A stretch of 64,000 bases of DNA, taken from NCBI GenBank assembly GCA_041649045.1, contig JBAZNV010000002.1:50336-114335 (forward strand), given 5' to 3'. Shown in pieces: positions 55,201 to 64,000 of the stretch; the stretch's first letter is position 1, and every line of letters starts with the position of its first letter. The position numbers and the translations under genes are program-made. This DNA comes from Candidatus Pacearchaeota archaeon. Lineage in GTDB: Archaea; Nanobdellota; Nanobdellia; Pacearchaeales; GW2011-AR1. A model generated the notes under the pieces. That model ran no database searches. It saw only the letters and a list, made by a program, of their open reading frames with translations, and was not told where the DNA came from.

Positions 55201-56763
55201 CACAAACACAACATGGTGCCAACCCCCATCATTAATAATCTCACTGGTGTTCTCTTCGCCCAGGAAACCATAATCAGAAGTTCCATAATCCCAAAAGTCA
55301 AGATTACCAGAGGAAATTTGAAAAACATATTCATTTTGATAATTGCCTAAATTACGATTTTGCTGGAGAATAAATTGTTTTGCTGAAGATGAAGTTTTAA
55401 TCCATGCAGAAAGAGTTATATTTGAAGCGAGAGCACTGAATGTATCATCTCTTAAATAGCCATTGGCCCCATTAAACAAACTGCCATTTCCAAATATTCC
55501 CGACGAAGAGTTAATGACAATATTTGTTCTTGTAAGATTATTGCTATAACCTGAAGAATCAAATACAATTGAAGAATTAACGCTATCCATTCTCCACCAA
55601 CCCAACAATGAGTTGTCAAAATTATTAACCACATAGTGTCCCCCGTGATCATCAGATGAAGAAATATTTACATAAACACTCGTCCCAGTTTGCGTCGTTC
55701 CATTTTCAGGGGTAGGATAATTAAAGGTTATTAAGGGAGCCGTATCTTCTGCCCCTCCAATTATTATTGTTCTTGACTCAGTTGAATTTAAATTTCCAAT
55801 AACATCGGCCGCGAATGTTTGATAACTATAAGTACCATTATCCAATCTGGCAGTTGCATTTTTACTTTGATTAACATACAAATTCCAATCAGTTGAATTA
55901 AACTTGTTTAAATTTGATATGTATTGTTGGTAAACTTCCGTGTCCGAAAGGCTTCTATTCCATATTTTTACCTCATCTATACTCCCATTAAAATAATCTG
56001 TACAACAACTACCTGCATTATTGTTTCTTGCGCCAATTATCATATTCCCATCAGGATAAAACTTGAAAGCGGATTCGGCGACTCGGTTTTTTAATATCCC
56101 ATTTAAATAAATGCTTACAATTGTTGCATTCCAACTAATAGTGCCCTGCTGCCACTGATTTGCCAAAACAGTTCCAGTCCCGGTACAGGGTCCATCGTTT
56201 GTAGCACAAAGACCATTATTGGTTACATAAATATAACCTTCATATCCTGAATTATGTCTATCTTTAGCAACGATTACATTCCATCCCGTCGCAAGAGTTT
56301 TGGGATAAAACCAAAAAGATACACTCTTGGCTCGGCTTCCATCTCCCAAATCAATTGAATTATTGCTGCCCAAATCAATATAATTTTTATTTGCACTATT
56401 AAATGAACAAGAGCCCCCATATTTTCCCGAGGAGTTCCAGATTGTTCCATTTTTTAATGTTCCATTATTTGCATACTTTGAAACATCAACGGCTTTTATC
56501 GAATTTTCTCCTAAGGCAGAAACATTATTAAAATTCATCATTAAAACAAGAGAGTCATTATAAAAAGTAAAATTAGTCCCATTCCAATTATATATCAAAC
56601 TTCCAAGATTATTTTCCATTATCGAAAAGTTTAATTCAATCGAAGTGTTTGTTGTATACAGCGGGGAAGACGCAGGAAGATAAACCATAATTTGCGGAAT
56701 CGCAGAAACTATAAAAAAAAGCAACACTATCCCAATCATGACTGCTAAAAATCTATATTTCAT
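52270..56763 (-). CDS. Giant surface adhesin-like protein with two LamG domains, Cys-rich repeats, TM helix and long charged tail
   Basis: YFNGSIDEVKIWNRSLS and YFDGAIDEVMIFNRSLS LamG motifs; WSEW/C repeats; many NxS/T sites. Confidence 0.85.
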   Translation of the reverse strand: MKYRFLAVMIGIVLLFFIVSAIPQIMVYLPASSPLYTTNTSIELNFSIMENNLGSLIYNWNGTNFTFYNDSLVLMMNFNNVSALGENSIKAVDVSKYANNGTLKNGTIWNSSGKYGGSCSFNSANKNYIDLGSNNSIDLGDGSRAKSVSFWFYPKTLATGWNVIVAKDRHNSGYEGYIYVTNNGLCATNDGPCTGTGTVLANQWQQGTISWNATIVSIYLNGILKNRVAESAFKFYPDGNMIIGARNNNAGSCCTDYFNGSIDEVKIWNRSLSDTEVYQQYISNLNKFNSTDWNLYVNQSKNATARLDNGTYSYQTFAADVIGNLNSTESRTIIIGGAEDTAPLITFNYPTPENGTTQTGTSVYVNISSSDDHGGHYVVNNFDNSLLGWWRMDSVNSSIVFDSSGYSNNLTRTNIVINSSSGIFGNGSLFNGANGYLRDDTFSALASNITLSAWIKTSSSAKQFILQQNRNLGNYQNEYVFQISSGNLDFWDYGTSDYGFLGEENTSEIINDGGWHHVVFVKRGVLGEFYIDGVADGTKTALQDVVYGTSDLVIGRDNRDVTSYFDGAIDEVMIFNRSLSSQEIRALHNATANKYYNNFTELSQETHTFKGYAVDLFGEINSTELRTINIPSALPDTTYPIFSIYQDNNASLINSGTGLFNVTIENTNGTVILEINNINLTATHLIANIYNVSYDFLSNGTFSYRWHSWGNGTNENYNVSETRYYLVNYSCIPNIVNISWSEWRYHGACMINDLQLQNRSRIEYDANSCNEIENQTLYEYQNISCNYCSYNQTNTSWSEWVNVSCLPTNLMNQSRNKIEYDFNYNFCYALTGLDSDLWNFGENITYYEYKSEGSCQYLSVNVALNHPGNNYEIDSDDTANIFFNCSANYNSGLSNISLYLSDGENENFRLNQTIVASGLDYSANWTLELAAGNYTWNCLSYSEDGKSAFATSNQTILIGFVDSDDDGIRNNLDRLNGNKASVIEEGIDELNIAIGNETNLTSFNDTVEILFYDSEELIVNFTHNFSRSVFDLEEITINKSDNYILVNLSNQLQENYNKTLYINDNDFVFLCVEDSEIEFISNISNDCNEENEILMTSCLGENYSVNGIVCIDEGDVIKIENLRHSAILGIPASTPETPTQDTSRRRGSSSKVLSVENNCTSNWTCDSWSFCSNDFTQQRKCTNLNNCSIVYDKPEELRKCPDILFDSLVELDKNKIYRWSPLKFNVNLKEINQSDLVDVKIIYRITKNQKNVYEESETKAIEGEIFYSKEIRDLHLPSGEYSLQVVVDYGKNQSASSEKNFSIVGFESYGWILFAFFICGLLVFVTLNWHRARKREEEIEEKLEEIEEKLEEIESPRGFFVNIADKIEKFRLRSVAFRKERLLDSDDVLNEINRKSVKKIKIRDIKSPEKIVNEVLTKYKKSVTKNENLLTKIKEPTVKGLRLIKNTEEKILERLKNGIKITLEKISNDKQGEKLTSGQIEEIEEDIEESNKRNPEI
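52702..52752. repeat. 21-bp tandem repeat (~2.4 copies) encoding EIEEKLE
   Basis: TTCAATCTCTTCCAATTTTTC x2 plus a partial copy. Confidence 0.8.
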
Positions 56764-56905
56764 TTCCTCTTAAAGTACGATAATTAAAGAAAGGCTATAT
56801 AAAAAGTTAACTTTCTTCATCAAAAACTTTGCAAAAAATTATCTACATCTTCTAATCTAATAAACTTTTATTCATAACTTATTTTCTTTGACGTTTTTAT
56901 TAATA

Positions 56906-57652
56906 TCAAGAACCGATAAATCTCAATAAGTAGATAATTAGAATTCCGATTAAAATGGCGATAAAATTAATTAAGCTACTTTTTATAGATTCAAATTTTT
57001 TTATTTCTGGAATTAAATCTGAGGCCGCAATGTAAATAAATCCGCCTGCCGCAGAAGAAAGTAAAAATGGCATTAAACCCTCGATGAAACTCAAAAGATA
57101 AAAACCTATCACCCCACCGAAGATTGCGCTCAATGCAGTTAAAAAATTAAAGAACAAAGCTTTCCTTTTTGAAAAGCCAGCATAAACCAATACCCCGAAA
57201 TCTCCAAGCTCTTGGGGAATTTCATGAATTGCTATCGCTGCCGAAGAGCTTGCTCCAATTATGGAGCTTGCCGCAAAACCGGCCGCGATTATTACCCCAT
57301 CAATGAAATTATGAATAACGTCTCCTAAAAGATTGACGTAAGCAAAAGAATGAACCGAACATTTATTTTTATGACAATGTCTCCAATGAAACAACTTTTC
57401 AATAATAAAAAACAAAAGAAACCCTCCAATAACAAAAATAAAAATATTCCCGCTATGCTCAATCGCCTCAGGGATGAGATGCAAAAACGCACCTCCTAAT
57501 AGCGCCCCAATCGAAAATGAAATTAAAATTAATAATATTTTATTCAAAAATTTCTCCTTAAAAAATAAGGTCAAAATACCAACTAACGAAGTTAAACTTA
57601 CTAAAAAAGTTGCAAGAATTATCTGTACCAAGCTCATTATTATAAAAAACAA
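56906..57652 (-). CDS. ZIP family metal (Zn) transporter
   Basis: AFLHLIPEA, HWRHCH, HNFIDG, HEIPQELGD. Confidence 0.92.
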   Translation of the reverse strand: MFFIIMSLVQIILATFLVSLTSLVGILTLFFKEKFLNKILLILISFSIGALLGGAFLHLIPEAIEHSGNIFIFVIGGFLLFFIIEKLFHWRHCHKNKCSVHSFAYVNLLGDVIHNFIDGVIIAAGFAASSIIGASSSAAIAIHEIPQELGDFGVLVYAGFSKRKALFFNFLTALSAIFGGVIGFYLLSFIEGLMPFLLSSAAGGFIYIAASDLIPEIKKFESIKSSLINFIAILIGILIIYLLRFIGS

Positions 57653-57706
57653 GCAATATTTTTAAGTTTAACTTAAATATAAAAAGAGATTTTTAATATA
57701 TTCAAT

Positions 57707-57970
57707 ATGAAAGAATCAACAATTATAATAATTTTCACAATGGTACTTTTAGCAGGAGGACTAATCTCGATCTTTTTCAGTTCAGAATTTAATTTTTATA
57801 AATCAGATTTACTGATAAACGAACTCAAATCTGCAAGATTAATAACTGCAACACAGGCAAAAATGTATTTAGGAATTTATGCCCACTCTTCAACTTTTGC
57901 AACAAATTCAGGATCAGTTTCTGGCGGTCACGTCGGAGCAGGTAGCGGCGGAAGTGGAGGCGGGAGATGA
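57707..57970 (+). CDS. Small membrane protein with Gly/Ser-rich tail
   Basis: One TM helix; C-terminal SGGHVGAGSGGSGGGR; ATGA overlap with the next gene. Confidence 0.5.
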   Translation: MKESTIIIIFTMVLLAGGLISIFFSSEFNFYKSDLLINELKSARLITATQAKMYLGIYAHSSTFATNSGSVSGGHVGAGSGGSGGGR

Positions 57971-58749
57971 AAAAAATACCTCAAGACATCATTGGTGATA
58001 TTGCAATTTTAAAATTTTCACGAAAAGCTTTTTGGATAACGAAGAAAATTAAAGCTTTAATTTTTTTAAAAAAGCACCCGGCAATAAAAACAGTCCTTGA
58101 AAAAACAGAAGGATTTTCTGGCGAATTAAGGACATTGAAAACAAAATATTTAGCGGGAATGAAAACGAAAGAGGCGACTTATAGGGAAAATGATTGTGTG
58201 TTTAAATTTAATATCGACAGCTCTTATTTTTCGCCGAGACTTTCAAACGAAAGAAAAATAATTGCGGAAGAAGTTTTTAAAAAAATGAAAAATGGTGCAA
58301 AAATTCTCGTGATGTTTGCTGGAATTGCTCCGTACCCTATTGTGATTGCAAAAAAATTAAAACATGAAGGAAAGTATGCCAGAGTTTTTTCCAATGAATT
58401 AAATGCTGACGCGAATAAATATGCTGAGAAAAATATTGTTTTAAATAAATTGAAGGATTACATAACTCTTTTGCCTGGCGACGCAAGAAAATTGCCGACG
58501 GTTACACAGGAAAAATTCGATATAATTCTAATGCCAAGACCTAATTTAAATGAAACATTTTTGAATGTAGCACTAAAATTATCCAAAAAAGGAACCACAA
58601 TTTTCTATCATGGATTCGGGACCAAAGAAGAAGTCACAAAGGAAATAAAAAAAGACACCAAGGGGAAAATAGATAAAATAACAATTAGAAAAGCTGGAGA
58701 TATTGGACCACACAAATGGAGATGGCAGGCAATATTTAAGGTAAAGTAG
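57967..58749 (+). CDS. Trm5/Tyw2 (Met-10+-like) SAM-dependent tRNA modification enzyme
   Basis: DIIGDIAI, YFSPRLSNER, MFAGIAPY, ELN, GDA. Confidence 0.85.
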   Translation: MKKIPQDIIGDIAILKFSRKAFWITKKIKALIFLKKHPAIKTVLEKTEGFSGELRTLKTKYLAGMKTKEATYRENDCVFKFNIDSSYFSPRLSNERKIIAEEVFKKMKNGAKILVMFAGIAPYPIVIAKKLKHEGKYARVFSNELNADANKYAEKNIVLNKLKDYITLLPGDARKLPTVTQEKFDIILMPRPNLNETFLNVALKLSKKGTTIFYHGFGTKEEVTKEIKKDTKGKIDKITIRKAGDIGPHKWRWQAIFKVK

Positions 58750-59434
58750 GTTGCTTGTATGTCAAAATCATAGAATTCCCTGAAGCGATTAATTTTCCTT
58801 CTTGTAGCCAATAGTTGTTTAATTTCAACCCCCTGCTCCCGCTTTTTATAACTTTTAATTCAACATCTATATCCCCCATTATTGCCCTTCGATACTGTAT
58901 AAATGTCTGAAAACCGTGCACTTTTATGCAATTACTATCCTCTCCAAATTTCAATAATGCTGGAGCTGACATTGACATTAGAAAAGCCGAAGGAATTTCT
59001 GTTAAACCTTCAGTCCCAACTCTTTCAGCCCCGATTGACTTCAAAAACTGCTTTACTAAATTATTAGTAATTTGGGCAGAATAAACAAAATCAAAATTAT
59101 GTTTAACATCAGGAGCCTCTGGGTATTCACTTCTTATCGCATTCCCATCAGCCACCGTTTTGCCATTTGAAAAAGAATAAGCTGAACCATTTACCGTCAT
59201 TTCTACCATAGTATCTTTGTATACTGGTAATCTGAACCCAAAATTAGCACGAACAAATTCTCCATCTCTTTGTGCATGAGAGGCTAACCACATTCCTGGG
59301 GCCACAACTCCCTCCAATCCAAACCCTTTTGCGGCTTTGGCGCTTCTATGAATAGGATTTTTATCTCCAATGGCGTCAGCATACTGCAACCAGGAATTTT
59401 CATTTGCTAAGATTTCCATTTTACTTTCTTTCAC
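58736..59434 (-). CDS. MaoC-like hotdog dehydratase
   Basis: YADAIGDKNPIH...GVVAPGM, F..PVY motifs. Confidence 0.7.
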   Translation of the reverse strand: MKESKMEILANENSWLQYADAIGDKNPIHRSAKAAKGFGLEGVVAPGMWLASHAQRDGEFVRANFGFRLPVYKDTMVEMTVNGSAYSFSNGKTVADGNAIRSEYPEAPDVKHNFDFVYSAQITNNLVKQFLKSIGAERVGTEGLTEIPSAFLMSMSAPALLKFGEDSNCIKVHGFQTFIQYRRAIMGDIDVELKVIKSGSRGLKLNNYWLQEGKLIASGNSMILTYKQPTLP

Positions 59435-59463
59435 CTAAAACTTTCGGTTTATAAAATCTTCTA

Positions 59464-60777
59464 TTAACTGAAAATATCTTCAGTTTTTTTGATCGCGAGC
59501 GGCGCTTCTCCGCCATGCCACGTGAACCTCGGGCGAATCTTCATCGGGTAAATTCTTTCACTATTATCATCAAGTATAACCGCTGAACCCTTGAGCTTAG
59601 GAAGGGAATTTAATTTCTCCGAAATTGTTTCATAAAGATATGATTGCGTAATTTCATTTAATGCCTCGATATCAATTTTCGCCGTCACGCGATGAGAAAT
59701 AACAATATCTGACTGTGTTATGGCATCGGTATGAATTTTCCCCGGCTGTTGTGTTGCAAGAACAAGAGACAAGCCGGGCTGTCTTCCTTCTCTTAGAATC
59801 TGAACTAACGCATCTGTAGCTGGAGTTTTAGTCTCTTTTGGCAAAAATTCATGAGCTTCATCAATAAATATCCAAACAATTGGGATATCCCTTCTTATTT
59901 CATATCTTCCATAATCAATTCCGCGAGAAATCGCCTGTATTTCCTCATCTTTTCTGGCTTTCATTCTCTCACTAAAAAGTTTTTTAGAAACTAATCCAAT
60001 TATCAACGCCCTCACATTAAACGCTCCAATTGAGGCATACATGGATAAATCAATAACAGTTGTCGTGCCCGGCGTGACCAATTCTTTGACATTAGTCCCC
60101 CTTTCTTCATCAAAAACTTTCCATGTTCTTGCGACATCAAACAACGCAATCGCAGAATTTTTTATATCATTTTCAACATTTTTTGTTCTATAAATTAAAC
60201 TATAAATTTCTTCAAATCCAAATTTGGAATTTTTGTTTTTTAATTCTGATATGACCGACTCTATAACAACCGCAATCGGGTTTGTGAAATCCAAATCGAA
60301 AAGGCTTACCCAATCATTCGGTTCAAGTTCGCTTATTTTTATTGCAAATTCTTCATCAACTTCTATCCCCTTATCTCGATATTCCTGAAAATATCCAAAA
60401 GGCGCAAAAACTCTAAGTGGAACATTTTGCGCCTTGAGATCCCATTCGGAAAGAAGTTCTCCATCTTTCTCGTTTTTATATTTCATTGTCCAAAAAATTC
60501 CCATTGTGTCGAAAATCAGAGATGAAATATTGGCGGCTTCTTCGACCTTTAAATTAGAGAGTGATTCTGCTATTGCGCCGAGAGTATAAGATTTACCAGA
60601 ACCTCGCTTACCCGCGACCAGAATAACGTGGCTTCGCACGACGTCTAAAAAAATCGGATTTGAGAGACTTGTGTAATTCCCCATCGATACAAAACCCTTC
60701 CCGATGAACGCAAGCCCTCTTTTCCCGAAATCTTTTTTATCGCTCTCGTTTCTACCAACTATAATATCGAATGGCAT
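59464..60777 (-). CDS. HerA/FtsK-family ATPase (DUF87)
   Basis: GKRGSGKSY, IFIDEAH, REGRQPGLSLVLATQQP. Confidence 0.88.
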   Translation of the reverse strand: MPFDIIVGRNESDKKDFGKRGLAFIGKGFVSMGNYTSLSNPIFLDVVRSHVILVAGKRGSGKSYTLGAIAESLSNLKVEEAANISSLIFDTMGIFWTMKYKNEKDGELLSEWDLKAQNVPLRVFAPFGYFQEYRDKGIEVDEEFAIKISELEPNDWVSLFDLDFTNPIAVVIESVISELKNKNSKFGFEEIYSLIYRTKNVENDIKNSAIALFDVARTWKVFDEERGTNVKELVTPGTTTVIDLSMYASIGAFNVRALIIGLVSKKLFSERMKARKDEEIQAISRGIDYGRYEIRRDIPIVWIFIDEAHEFLPKETKTPATDALVQILREGRQPGLSLVLATQQPGKIHTDAITQSDIVISHRVTAKIDIEALNEITQSYLYETISEKLNSLPKLKGSAVILDDNSERIYPMKIRPRFTWHGGEAPLAIKKTEDIFS

Positions 60778-60801
60778 TTTAGAATAGACTGTATTGATTA
60801 T

Positions 60802-61731
60802 TTATATATTTGGATGCGAAAGAAATTTTATTTTTCTTACTGCTTTTTTATTTTCTTCGAGTTCTAGTAAAACTTGTGCATTTGCCCCATATCCCGGGTT
60901 AATTATAGTTGTTTTACCAATTTTATCCTTGCCTTTTCCTTCGTGAACGTGGCCCCCGATACAAACAAGGGGCTGAAATTTTTTACAAAAATCTCTTGCA
61001 AGAATTGAGCCTGCATGTTTTTTGTAAGCGTAAGATTTTTTATCTTTTATTATATCAAGCCTGGTACCATAAGGTATGTTGTGCGAAATAAATACCGTTG
61101 GAATTCTTTTATTTTTTCTATTTTTATAAATTGAATATAACTTGCCAAATAATTTTTTACGCAAATTTTTAAGGATGTTAAATTTAGCGCTTCCCATTTC
61201 TTTTTTGTACTTTTTTTTGACTCTTTCCGGACCGCTTGAAAGTCCGTATCCGACAAAATTTATTCCATTGTATTCGACATTGCGGAACATGCAATTTTTT
61301 AAATTTCTTATTCCTTTTGTCAAAAACGAATTTAGTTTATCTCCCATCCATGAGTCATAAAAATACCTAAGCCTGTTGTAGGTATCTTTGTCAACGTTTT
61401 TTATCATAGTCTTTCCATAGCTTTGGTCCCAATTTCCCCCCACCATGAAAATCGGTTTTTCAAATTTATCAAGATATTTTAAAATTTTTCTCCCGACTAT
61501 TAATGATTTTTTTTCGTATTCTAAGAATTTATTTTTTTCAATCTCACTGTATGCAAATTCTTTAAAACCCATTTCAAAATCGGGATTTTTTAAAAGTGTA
61601 AAGTATTTTTTATATAATTTCCCAATTTTTCTATCGTCACATATATCTCCTACCAGGGCAAATGCATCAAAATCTTTTGTTTTAATGATCGGTTTTCTCC
61701 CATGCAAATCACCGATAATTAGAAGCTTCAT
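60802..61731 (-). CDS. Calcineurin-like metallophosphoesterase
   Basis: GDLHG, VGD, GNWD, SH, GHVHE, INPG. Confidence 0.9.
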   Translation of the reverse strand: MKLLIIGDLHGRKPIIKTKDFDAFALVGDICDDRKIGKLYKKYFTLLKNPDFEMGFKEFAYSEIEKNKFLEYEKKSLIVGRKILKYLDKFEKPIFMVGGNWDQSYGKTMIKNVDKDTYNRLRYFYDSWMGDKLNSFLTKGIRNLKNCMFRNVEYNGINFVGYGLSSGPERVKKKYKKEMGSAKFNILKNLRKKLFGKLYSIYKNRKNKRIPTVFISHNIPYGTRLDIIKDKKSYAYKKHAGSILARDFCKKFQPLVCIGGHVHEGKGKDKIGKTTIINPGYGANAQVLLELEENKKAVRKIKFLSHPNI

Positions 61732-62411
61732 CTTCCATTTTTAATAAATTTATTTTCTACATGGCTATCTGCAATATCACACAATTTATAAAAATATTTT
61801 TTTACATCTTTTTTACTCTTTGGAATTGGAGTTTTAAATCCCAATCTTTTTCGATATAAAAAATCAAAATAATGACTCATCACCTTTATCAAAAAATCTT
61901 CTTCGTAATTAGAGTTTACTCTATTGTACATCATTAAGTAAATATAGAGGGGATTATACTCTTTAGAATTAAATTCTAAACTAAATAATTCCGCTACGGA
62001 ACCAAATAAACAATTATAATTTTTGATTAGAATATTTTTAATATCTTCATTTGGAAAAATTGCCCAAAACCAATCATGATAAATCTGCGAATATGAAACA
62101 TAGGTCATCAATTGGATTGCTAAATCTTTTTCTTTAAAATTAGATAATTGTAAAAACTCTGGCTCATATCCTGAAAAGCAAATAACCCTTGCGCTATATT
62201 TTTTACTTAAATAATTATTAAGCAAATCAAATAAATTGTGAATTTCTCTGTAAAAATCAGAAATTTTAGATGATGGAGTTTTCGTAATAATTATATCGAG
62301 GTCATGTTCGACATTGCAAGAGCCAATTGTCCCAAAAGTCATTATGTGTTTTGAATTTGTTAATTGATTAATGAAAAAATTTCTTATTTCTTCCCATTTG
62401 TAAGGCTTCAT
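61728..62411 (-). CDS. Hypothetical protein, possible Pol-beta-type nucleotidyltransferase fold
   Basis: FGTIGS...HDLDIII resembles the GS...DxD motif; very AT-rich. Confidence 0.5.
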   Translation of the reverse strand: MKPYKWEEIRNFFINQLTNSKHIMTFGTIGSCNVEHDLDIIITKTPSSKISDFYREIHNLFDLLNNYLSKKYSARVICFSGYEPEFLQLSNFKEKDLAIQLMTYVSYSQIYHDWFWAIFPNEDIKNILIKNYNCLFGSVAELFSLEFNSKEYNPLYIYLMMYNRVNSNYEEDFLIKVMSHYFDFLYRKRLGFKTPIPKSKKDVKKYFYKLCDIADSHVENKFIKNGR

Positions 62412-62470
62412 GAATTTTTTAATCTTGCATTCTTATTAAACTTTATTAACCCTTATTTCTTTGTTTTTTT

Positions 62471-63106
62471 ATGAAGATGAGTAAAATTGCAATTTTAGTT
62501 TTGATTGTCGCGTTATTTGTAGTTAGTACTTACTTTTACCAGATATTGCCCGAAAAAATCGCTTCACATTGGGGCGTCTCAGGTGACGCTAACGGATATT
62601 CGTCCAAAGCATTTGGTTTATTTTTTATCCCTGTTTTGACTCTAATTTTGACCCTGATATTTTTAGTTATTCCAAAAATCGATCCGCTTAAAAAAAATAT
62701 TAAAAAATTCGAAAACCATTATTTTGGATTTATAATAGTCTTCATTTTATTTATGTGTTTGGTTCAGGCGCAAATTATTTTATGGAATTTATCTGTAAAA
62801 ATAAATCCGAACATCGTTTTCCCAATTGGGATTGCTGCCTTATTTTTTTATATTGCATTACTCATGAGAGTTGTAAAAAGAAATTGGTTTATTGGGATAA
62901 GGACTCCATGGACTCTGGCAAGCGATAGAGTTTGGGACAAAACCCATGCACTTGGTTCGAAATTATTTTTTATTAGCGGAATTTTTTCTCTTGCGGGAAT
63001 ATTTTTCCGAGAATTTTCGTGGCTTTTTATTATTATTCCAGTTTTGATTTCAGCTCTGATATCCATTATTTATTCTTATCTTATTTATAGAAAACTTAAG
63101 CTTTAA
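62471..63106 (+). CDS. SdpI/DUF1648 family membrane protein
   Basis: LPEKIASHW...ANGY, NWFIGIRTPWTLAS..VWDKTH. Confidence 0.9.
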   Translation: MKMSKIAILVLIVALFVVSTYFYQILPEKIASHWGVSGDANGYSSKAFGLFFIPVLTLILTLIFLVIPKIDPLKKNIKKFENHYFGFIIVFILFMCLVQAQIILWNLSVKINPNIVFPIGIAALFFYIALLMRVVKRNWFIGIRTPWTLASDRVWDKTHALGSKLFFISGIFSLAGIFFREFSWLFIIIPVLISALISIIYSYLIYRKLKL

Positions 63107-63647
63107 TTGTTACGTCAACGAAATCACTATCATAAATTTTCCCATCCGCTTGTTTTACATTCACTCTATATCTGAATGTGCAAAGATTCGTTCCGTCTGG
63201 AATCTCAATTAATACCTTCCCAGCTTCTGATTCACCTGGAGCTATCTCCAATTTTTCAGTCCTTCCTGTTACCATCCAATTCAAGGCTTGTTGTTCAGAA
63301 AATCCACATTTTTTTTGAATATCTGTATCCGAAACCAAAACTTCATATGTAAAAGATGTCACGGCAGAATTTCCCTGAAGAAGATTTTTTATCCCTATCC
63401 CAAAACCTCCCACTTTTCCACCCTTAATTTCAATAAGCCTTGTATCGGGGTAGATTACAAGTCTTTTGTCATCTCCGAACATTTTTGATACCTGATTTTT
63501 AATTTGATCAATTGTCATATCTGCAATATCAACGCTCCCGCTAAAAATATTTTTGACAAGAACTATACCCAAAATCAACATTGACATTGCGAGAACAATG
63601 ATAACAATCGTTCCAATAGAAAGCTCAATCGCACCACTTTTTTTCAT
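63096..63647 (-). CDS. Pilin-like protein, class III signal peptide
   Basis: MKKSG/AIELSIGTIVIIVLAMSMLILG. Confidence 0.7.
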   Translation of the reverse strand: MKKSGAIELSIGTIVIIVLAMSMLILGIVLVKNIFSGSVDIADMTIDQIKNQVSKMFGDDKRLVIYPDTRLIEIKGGKVGGFGIGIKNLLQGNSAVTSFTYEVLVSDTDIQKKCGFSEQQALNWMVTGRTEKLEIAPGESEAGKVLIEIPDGTNLCTFRYRVNVKQADGKIYDSDFVDVTIKA

Positions 63648-63752
63648 TTAAGTTTATAGAAAATGTATTTTATAAATGTTGTTCTGTTTAATTCCCATCT
63701 GTGAATCTTCTTCGCAATAAACTTAAAAACTATGAAATGTTGAAAACTAAAT

Positions 63753-63824
63753 GGGGCGGTAGCTCAGTGGGAGAGCACACGGCTGAAGACCGTGGTGTCG
63801 AGGGTTCGATTCCCTCTCGCCCCA
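63753..63824 (+). tRNA. tRNA-Phe(GAA), no encoded CCA
   Basis: Acceptor GGGGCGG/TCGCCCC-A; anticodon arm CACGG-CTGAAGA-CCGTG; T arm GAGGG-TTCGATT-CCCTC. Confidence 0.96.
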
Positions 63825-63841
63825 TAAAAGAAGATGAAAAT

Positions 63842-64000
63842 ATGCCAGAAAAAAAAGAAAAACCTATCCGCAAAAAGACAAGATTGATTTTTGAATTCAA
63901 AAGGAAATTTATACATTCTTTGTCTGCATTATCAATCCCAATTTATTATTTCTTTTTCAAAATGTTTGGGCATCAGATTACTATGCTTGGGTTTCTATTA
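63842..64000 (+). CDS. Probable dolichol/phytol kinase-like membrane protein (3'-truncated by window edge)
   Basis: Open from ATG 63842 to the window end; EFKRKFIH motif followed by a hydrophobic helix. Confidence 0.55.
   Translation, partial: MPEKKEKPIRKKTRLIFEFKRKFIHSLSALSIPIYYFFFKMFGHQITMLGFLL

Noticed and set aside
413..63488. Many short antisense or alternate-frame ORFs in the track (e.g. 413-841, 3557-4033, 27456-27941, 52448-52900)
   Set aside because: They lie within or largely overlap well-supported genes and have shadow-ORF composition.
1..64000. Stop-codon reassignment
   Set aside because: Conserved genes translate full-length with code 11 and end in TAA, TAG or TGA; the breaks seen are frameshifts, not in-frame stops.

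Overview
AT-rich archaeal chromosomal segment. It is very probably from a DPANN Pacearchaeota genome, judged from a fused RNAP A'/A'' subunit, a pacearchaeosortase-like gene beside an S-layer-like gene, TATA boxes placed for leaderless transcripts, and reduced ribosomal proteins. From left to right: (1) 1-9330, an operon of five pilin-like genes with class III signal peptides and two paralogous giant Cys-rich proteins carrying internal Gly-rich hydrophobic hairpins, the best candidate for an undescribed host-contact or membrane-insertion machine; (2) an HTH regulator, the major S-layer gene with a structured ~180-nt leader, an archaeosortase-type enzyme with its likely substrate, uS15-RecJ and several surface proteins; (3) tRNA-Val and the rpoH-rpoB-rpoA-eL30-nusA-uS12-uS7-EF2 cluster, with two orphan insertions and an EF-2 with altered GTPase motifs; (4) a dNTP/dTMP cluster (nrdR, split class III nrdD with a separately encoded 43-aa glycyl-radical peptide, nrdG, frameshifted dut, dcd, tRNA-Lys, thyX, tmk) with tandem NrdR boxes and chained micro-ORFs; (5) a tRNA thiolase, an RFC operon interrupted by Nudix/Maf genes, an eL41 gene missed by the ORF track, DedA, a giant LamG protein, ZIP, Trm5-like, MaoC, a HerA-like ATPase, tRNA-Phe and others. 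No CRISPR array, rRNA, transposase or integrase was seen. All family calls come from reading motifs by eye; no database search was run.
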